NCBI GenBank assembly: GCA_036517375.1
Contig: DATDWM010000017.1
Coordinates: 3,208-67,207, forward strand
DNA: 64,000 nucleotides
DNA from: Minisyncoccota bacterium
GTDB taxonomy: Bacteria > Patescibacteriota > Minisyncoccia > Phycocordibacterales > UBA9973
Direction: 5' to 3'
Shown here one piece after another: positions 59,375-64,000 of the stretch (position 1 is the first letter of the stretch; each line of letters begins with the position of its first letter). The notes below the pieces were generated by a model, which worked only from the letters and a program-made list of their open reading frames with translations, was not told the DNA's origin and made no database searches. The translations under genes and the position numbers were made by a program.

Positions 59375-61366
59375 TTGTGTTATATTAAAAGAGTGAAAAA
59401 ACTACAAAATAAGCAAGTTCGGCATGAAGGCGTAATTTCCGTCTCCGCTAAAGGCACGGGTTATGTGAAATTAGTAGACTTTAAAGAAGACCCAGAAATA
59501 GACTTCAAGCATCTAAATACTGCCCTACACGGGGATACGGTAGAAATTTTACTCCATCCTAAAGGCCCCAGCCGGCAAACAGCAGAGGTAACCAAAGTGG
59601 TGAATCGAGTAAAGATGAGCTTTGCCGGAGTCTTGGAATTAGAAAATAGCATTTTTTTCCTGAAGCCCGATGATACTAAAATGTATACCGATATCGTAGT
59701 CCCCAATCAAGCTCTAAATGGCGCCAAGGCGAATGATAAAGTTTTTGTAAAAATTGTATCTTGGAAAGACCCTCGTAAAGCCCCGGAAGGAGTGGTGGAG
59801 AAAGTTTTAGGCAAGCCAGGCGACAACAACGTCGAGATGGAGTCCATCGCGCTCGAGAAAGGATTCGCAGCTAAGCTCCCAACGAATGTAGAACAAGAAG
59901 CGGAAAATATAAAAAAACTTGGAATCAGGGATGGAGACTATCGGGATAGGCGCGACTTCCGAAAGACTCTTACCTTCACCATTGATCCGTCGGACGCCAA
60001 GGACTTCGACGACGCCATATCTTTCCAGATCCTCCCCTCATTAAATAAGGAGGGGGCAGGGGGTGGTCAGGAAATTTATGAAATAGGTATTCATATTGCG
60101 GATGTATCACACTATGTCAGTGTTGGTTCCGCGCTCGACACAGAAGCGCGTGAACGCGGCACTTCCGTATACCTTGTCGACCGTACTATCCCCATGCTTC
60201 CGGAAGTGCTATCGAATGACCTATGCTCTTTGGTTCCAAATAAAGACCGTCTAACAATGAGTGCCGTATTTGTGGTAGATAAAAATGCGCAAGTTTTAAG
60301 CGGGTGGTACGGACGGACAGTGATACATTCGGGGAAGCGCTTCACCTATGAAGAAGCCGAAGAATCAATTAAAAAAGCTCACGCACCCCTCCATAAAGAA
60401 CTCACGATTTTAAATAATTTAGCGAAAAAGTTAACCAAAGAGAGGTTCAATAGTGGAGCTATCTCCCTAGACCAAGAAGAGGTAAAATTCGTCCTTGATG
60501 AGAAAGGTACGCCCATCAAAGTTATTAAAAAAGAGCGCGGCGACTCTAATAGGCTGATTGAGGAATTCATGCTACTGGCGAATAAAAAAGTGGCAGAGGT
60601 TATTTCACCCAAAAATAAAAAAGGTAAAAAGGGAGAGGGAGCGGACGACACGGTCTCTATCTACAGGATCCACGATCTGCCAAGTAAAGAAAAAATGACA
60701 GACTTAGCGTTCTTCCTGCGGAGCCTGGGACACAAGATAACTCTCCATGACGGACTAATCCCAACGCATGAAATAAATAAATTACTGGCGAGCCTAGCGG
60801 GTAAGGATGAAAAAGATGCGGTGCATCGCGCCGTTATCCGCTCCATGGCTAAAGCCATATATTCTACGAAAAATATCGGACACTATGGTCTCTCTTTTGT
60901 TTATTACACTCACTTCACCTCCCCTATTAGGCGCTATCCAGACATTATGGTGCACCGGCTACTGATGGAACATCTGAAAGGAAAGCCCGTCAGTCGGAGT
61001 AAACTCCAAATATATGAAAACATGGCTCGCACAGCCTCCGACCAAGAAAAACGCGCTTCGGACGCCGAGCGCGCATCCATAAAATATAAACAAGTAGAAT
61101 ACATGAGTGCGCGTCTGGGGAAAGTTTTCTCCGGTGTTATAAGCGGAATAACCGAATGGGGGCTCTATGTGGAAGAGCTAGAAACAAAATGTGAAGGGCT
61201 GGTGCGAGTACGGGACCTCAATGATGATTTCTATGTCTTTAATGAAAAGAAGCTTGAGCTGGTGGGTCAAAAGAAGAAAAAGAGGTATCGCCTGGGTGAC
61301 CGTGTTAAAATAAAAGTTAAGGTGGTGGATTTGGAACGCAAAACAATTGACTATGTTTTAGTATGA
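59375..61366 (+). CDS. rnr: Ribonuclease R / RNase II family exoribonuclease
   Basis: RNB catalytic region (RRDFRKTLTFTIDPSDAKDFDDAISF), C-terminal S1 domain; non-ATG start (TTG 59375 or GTG 59393). Confidence 0.85.
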   Translation: MCYIKRVKKLQNKQVRHEGVISVSAKGTGYVKLVDFKEDPEIDFKHLNTALHGDTVEILLHPKGPSRQTAEVTKVVNRVKMSFAGVLELENSIFFLKPDDTKMYTDIVVPNQALNGAKANDKVFVKIVSWKDPRKAPEGVVEKVLGKPGDNNVEMESIALEKGFAAKLPTNVEQEAENIKKLGIRDGDYRDRRDFRKTLTFTIDPSDAKDFDDAISFQILPSLNKEGAGGGQEIYEIGIHIADVSHYVSVGSALDTEARERGTSVYLVDRTIPMLPEVLSNDLCSLVPNKDRLTMSAVFVVDKNAQVLSGWYGRTVIHSGKRFTYEEAEESIKKAHAPLHKELTILNNLAKKLTKERFNSGAISLDQEEVKFVLDEKGTPIKVIKKERGDSNRLIEEFMLLANKKVAEVISPKNKKGKKGEGADDTVSIYRIHDLPSKEKMTDLAFFLRSLGHKITLHDGLIPTHEINKLLASLAGKDEKDAVHRAVIRSMAKAIYSTKNIGHYGLSFVYYTHFTSPIRRYPDIMVHRLLMEHLKGKPVSRSKLQIYENMARTASDQEKRASDAERASIKYKQVEYMSARLGKVFSGVISGITEWGLYVEELETKCEGLVRVRDLNDDFYVFNEKKLELVGQKKKKRYRLGDRVKIKVKVVDLERKTIDYVLV

Positions 61367-63270
61367 GACTTTTAAATACAAAAGTAGGGTGGATTTTTCT
61401 AGCGGTTTTTTCTACAGCCGCTTTGACTTTTACCGTGTCCTTAGGATCCTCTGTTTTAAGAAATATCAGTTTCGGAGAAGTACCTCAAGCAGCTAATGCG
61501 AGCAACACTCAAGAGGTAGCGGAAGACACTACGCCAAAATACTTTTATTTCAACAAGGGCGGTGCCGTAGCTCCTAAAATAAGCGCAGATGCCTACCTAG
61601 TGGGTGATTTGGACACAGGTGAAATCATCATGGCTAAAAATCAGGACCAAGTATTCCCCATCGCTTCCGTTACTAAGCTCATGACAGCGCTTGTATCTCG
61701 CGAAATACATCCCTCGGATAATCTGGCCAAGGTAAGTAAAAGTGCACTCGCTACCTATGGGGGCAATGGGGGATTCCGTCTGGGAGAGCAAATAAAAACC
61801 AGCAGCCTCTTGTACCCTCTTCTCTTAGAATCGAGCAACGATGCCGCGGAAATACTGGCGGAATTTTCCGACAGAGATATTTTTATACAAAAGATGAACC
61901 AGCAAGCCCAAATTCTGGAGATGAACAATACTCGATACGAAGACCCGAGTGGACTCTCTCCTAATAACAAGTCTACTCCTTCCGACCTCTTTAAACTTGC
62001 AGGTTATTTAAAAAAAGTGAAGCAGGACATCCTCTTCATTACGACCAAGAGGAGTTTTACCTACAAAGAGCACAACTGGTCTAGCAGTAATCAATTCTTA
62101 AAAGAAGAGGGATACCTGGGTGGCAAAAGCGGCTACACGGATCCTGCCGGCCAAACAGTGATCTCTATGTTCTCTGTCCCCTTATCAGAGTCCGGAACTC
62201 GACCAGTAGGAATTGTGCTCCTCCGCAGTGAAGACCGTTACAAAGACGTAAAAAATATTCTGAAATTTCTAAAGAAAAATATTTATTACGGTGGAGTAGC
62301 GGATGCAAACACAGCTTGGGTCAAACAGAAGGACGGAATTCCAGAAATTAGAGATCCGGACTTCGTCACCCTTGCCCTTCTTGGAGACATTATGCTCGAC
62401 CGGGGTGTGAAAAATTCCGTGATAAAAAATCATGCAGGAGACTACGCCGCTCTCTTTGAAAAGCCTAAAGAAATGTCTGAAATACTTAAAAAGTCCGACA
62501 TCGTCTTTGCTAACTTAGAAGGCCCAGCCTCCGACAAGGGCAAGGACCTTGGAAATCTGTATTCCTTCCGGATGGATCCTTCGGTCCTACCAGCGCTCAA
62601 GGGTGCCGGTATAAGTGTGCTATCAGTGGCCAATAATCATGTGGGTGACTATGGATCAGAGGCATTCGTGGACACCCTGGCTCGCCTAAAGGAAAATGAA
62701 TTACTCTACACCGGCGGTGGCCTAAACAAAGCGGAGGCGGAAGAGCCGGTGGTAATTGAAAAATACGGCATGAAAATAGGCTTCCTGGCATTTTCCGACA
62801 AAGGACCCGAGTATCTACGCACTACCGCAGATAGCGCTGGAATATTATTAGCCAACAATCCCCGCTTTGACGAAATAATCCAAAATGCAAAAAGTGAGGT
62901 TGATTACCTGGTAGTCTCCTTCCATTTTGGTGAAGAATATAAAACTAAGCACGACGCTAGGCAGGAATACCTCGCCCATAAAGCCATCGACGCTGGAGCG
63001 AAAGTTGTAATAGGGGCGCATCCGCATGTCATTCAAGACACGGAAGTTTACAAGGACGGATTTATTGCATATTCTTTAGGCAACTTCATCTTCGACCAGC
63101 AATTTAGTAAAGACACCATGCAGGGTATGCTACTTGAGCTCAAATTAAATCGTGACGGTAGTATGTCCACAACTCAAAATATCATTAAACTAAATAAATC
63201 TTTCCAGCCGGAGACAATAGTGAAAGGTAAGGAAGAGAAAGTTAAATTTGGAGAGTTAAAAACTCAATAA
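61363..63270 (+). CDS. Fusion protein: D-Ala-D-Ala carboxypeptidase (S11) domain + CapA-like metallophosphoesterase domain
   Basis: SVTKLM (SxxK), ESSNDAAE (SxN), GKSGYT (KTG) then ANNHVGDYG, GAHPHV CapA-like motifs. Confidence 0.7.
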   Translation: MRLLNTKVGWIFLAVFSTAALTFTVSLGSSVLRNISFGEVPQAANASNTQEVAEDTTPKYFYFNKGGAVAPKISADAYLVGDLDTGEIIMAKNQDQVFPIASVTKLMTALVSREIHPSDNLAKVSKSALATYGGNGGFRLGEQIKTSSLLYPLLLESSNDAAEILAEFSDRDIFIQKMNQQAQILEMNNTRYEDPSGLSPNNKSTPSDLFKLAGYLKKVKQDILFITTKRSFTYKEHNWSSSNQFLKEEGYLGGKSGYTDPAGQTVISMFSVPLSESGTRPVGIVLLRSEDRYKDVKNILKFLKKNIYYGGVADANTAWVKQKDGIPEIRDPDFVTLALLGDIMLDRGVKNSVIKNHAGDYAALFEKPKEMSEILKKSDIVFANLEGPASDKGKDLGNLYSFRMDPSVLPALKGAGISVLSVANNHVGDYGSEAFVDTLARLKENELLYTGGGLNKAEAEEPVVIEKYGMKIGFLAFSDKGPEYLRTTADSAGILLANNPRFDEIIQNAKSEVDYLVVSFHFGEEYKTKHDARQEYLAHKAIDAGAKVVIGAHPHVIQDTEVYKDGFIAYSLGNFIFDQQFSKDTMQGMLLELKLNRDGSMSTTQNIIKLNKSFQPETIVKGKEEKVKFGELKTQ

Positions 63271-63284
63271 CTCTTTTTAGCAAT

Positions 63285-64000
63285 CTATTTTGCAATCTGG
63301 ACTGCTTCGTCGAACTTTACGGATAGAAGCTTGGACGCGCTGTCCGGGCCGATCGTTACACCATAGAGCATACCTGCGCGAGACATAGTCTCGCGATTGT
63401 GAGTGACCACTATGAGCTGTGAGTGTTTAGATAATTTTTCGAGCATATCACCGTATTTCCTGGAATTAGATTCATCAAGCGCCGCGTCCGTCTCGTCTAA
63501 AACTAGAAAAGGTGGAGGATTTACCTGAGACATAGCAAAGAGGAGCGCGATAGAAGTAAGCGAGCGCTCACCTCCGGAAAGAGCTTGAAGTTCTTTTACT
63601 TTTTTATGCGGCAGTGAAATATCTATCTCTATACCCTGCTCTCTAACACCTTCTTCTTCCTCTATAGGTATTTCTACACCGTTTTCGTCCTCCATTATTT
63701 CTTTCTTCTTCTTTTTATTTTCCACTACTACAGAAAGTGAAGCTGATCCTCCTCCGAACATAAGTGTGAAAAATTCTTTAAATTCAACATTTATTTTCTT
63801 GATCCCCTCTTTGAATTCAACATCAATCTTATCTTTTAGGTCTAGCATTATCTTCTCCAAGGACTTCATACTCTCTGCCAGGTCCAAAACTTCCTTGGCT
63901 AGGAATTGGTCCCGCTCAGAAACTTCTTGGAATTCTTTCATTATTTCCGCCCCGCTTCCGAGCCCGGCGTCCTCGAGCTTTATCTTAATGCGTTCTATCT
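63285..64000 (-). CDS. smc: Chromosome segregation protein SMC, C-terminal part (5' end outside window)
   Basis: LSGGERSLTSIALLFA signature, PFLVLDETDAALD Walker B/D-loop, VVTHNRETM. Confidence 0.8.
   Translation of the reverse strand, partial: IERIKIKLEDAGLGSGAEIMKEFQEVSERDQFLAKEVLDLAESMKSLEKIMLDLKDKIDVEFKEGIKKINVEFKEFFTLMFGGGSASLSVVVENKKKKKEIMEDENGVEIPIEEEEGVREQGIEIDISLPHKKVKELQALSGGERSLTSIALLFAMSQVNPPPFLVLDETDAALDESNSRKYGDMLEKLSKHSQLIVVTHNRETMSRAGMLYGVTIGPDSASKLLSVKFDEAVQIAK

Noticed and set aside
1-64000. CRISPR array search
   Set aside because: No regularly spaced direct repeats of 24-40 bp with unique spacers were seen anywhere in the window.

Overview
AT-rich window (by eye about 35-40% GC) with compact, closely spaced genes and many short proteins. 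The gene content suggests a reduced-genome bacterium of the Patescibacteria/CPR type: a GH57 enzyme, a cupin-type PGI, a short editing-less ProRS, and housekeeping genes carrying insertions. This lineage call is inference only.

Core content:
- Translation and housekeeping: lepB fragment, hisS, def, fmt, hpf, proS, rpsB, tsf, rpsP, a KH protein, trmD, rnr, tgt, mreBC.
- Glycogen/alpha-glucan cluster: glgA, a GH57 enzyme, an alpha-glucan phosphorylase, and a cupin PGI.
- Sugar-nucleotide module: two small cytidylyltransferase-like proteins flanking a HAD hydrolase.
- A contiguous rpoB-rpoC-dnaG-rpoD block.
- A GT2 synthase, a DUF378 protein and a DsbA-like protein; a type IV pilin; and a DacC-like/CapA-like fusion protein.
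- RNA genes: tRNA-Asn(GTT), tRNA-Ala(TGC), RNase P RNA (rnpB), tRNA-Thr(TGT).

Accessory/novel content:
1. An AT-rich accessory island of about 12.7 kb (about 21.2-33.9 kb). Its right edge is a large serine recombinase whose 3' end overlaps the 3' end of tRNA-Asn. The island carries a three-gene operon headed by a 1578-aa P-loop NTPase that looks STAND/AVAST-like: an N-terminal PD-(D/E)xK-like motif, a Walker A/B core, and a very long helical C-terminus. It also carries a TerS-like HTH protein, two secreted Cys-rich proteins preceded by a highly structured GC-rich leader, and a roughly 1.45-kb non-coding stretch with interleaved inverted repeats upstream of the recombinase.
2. A roughly 1-kb GC-rich insertion (12010-12995) flanked by imperfect 38-bp direct repeats. 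Both copies encode the same C-terminal peptide plus a stop codon, which is the signature of integration into a gene 3' end.
3. A near-identical 48-bp GC-rich element inserted in frame in two unrelated essential genes (fmt and tgt), with a similar GC-rich palindrome-flanked insertion in def. This resembles Rickettsia-type intragenic palindromic elements.
4. Three copies of a roughly 30-bp intergenic motif downstream of an ECF sigma / PAS gene pair.
5. An unannotated GC-rich segment between tRNA-Ala and a strong bidirectional terminator that may encode a small RNA.
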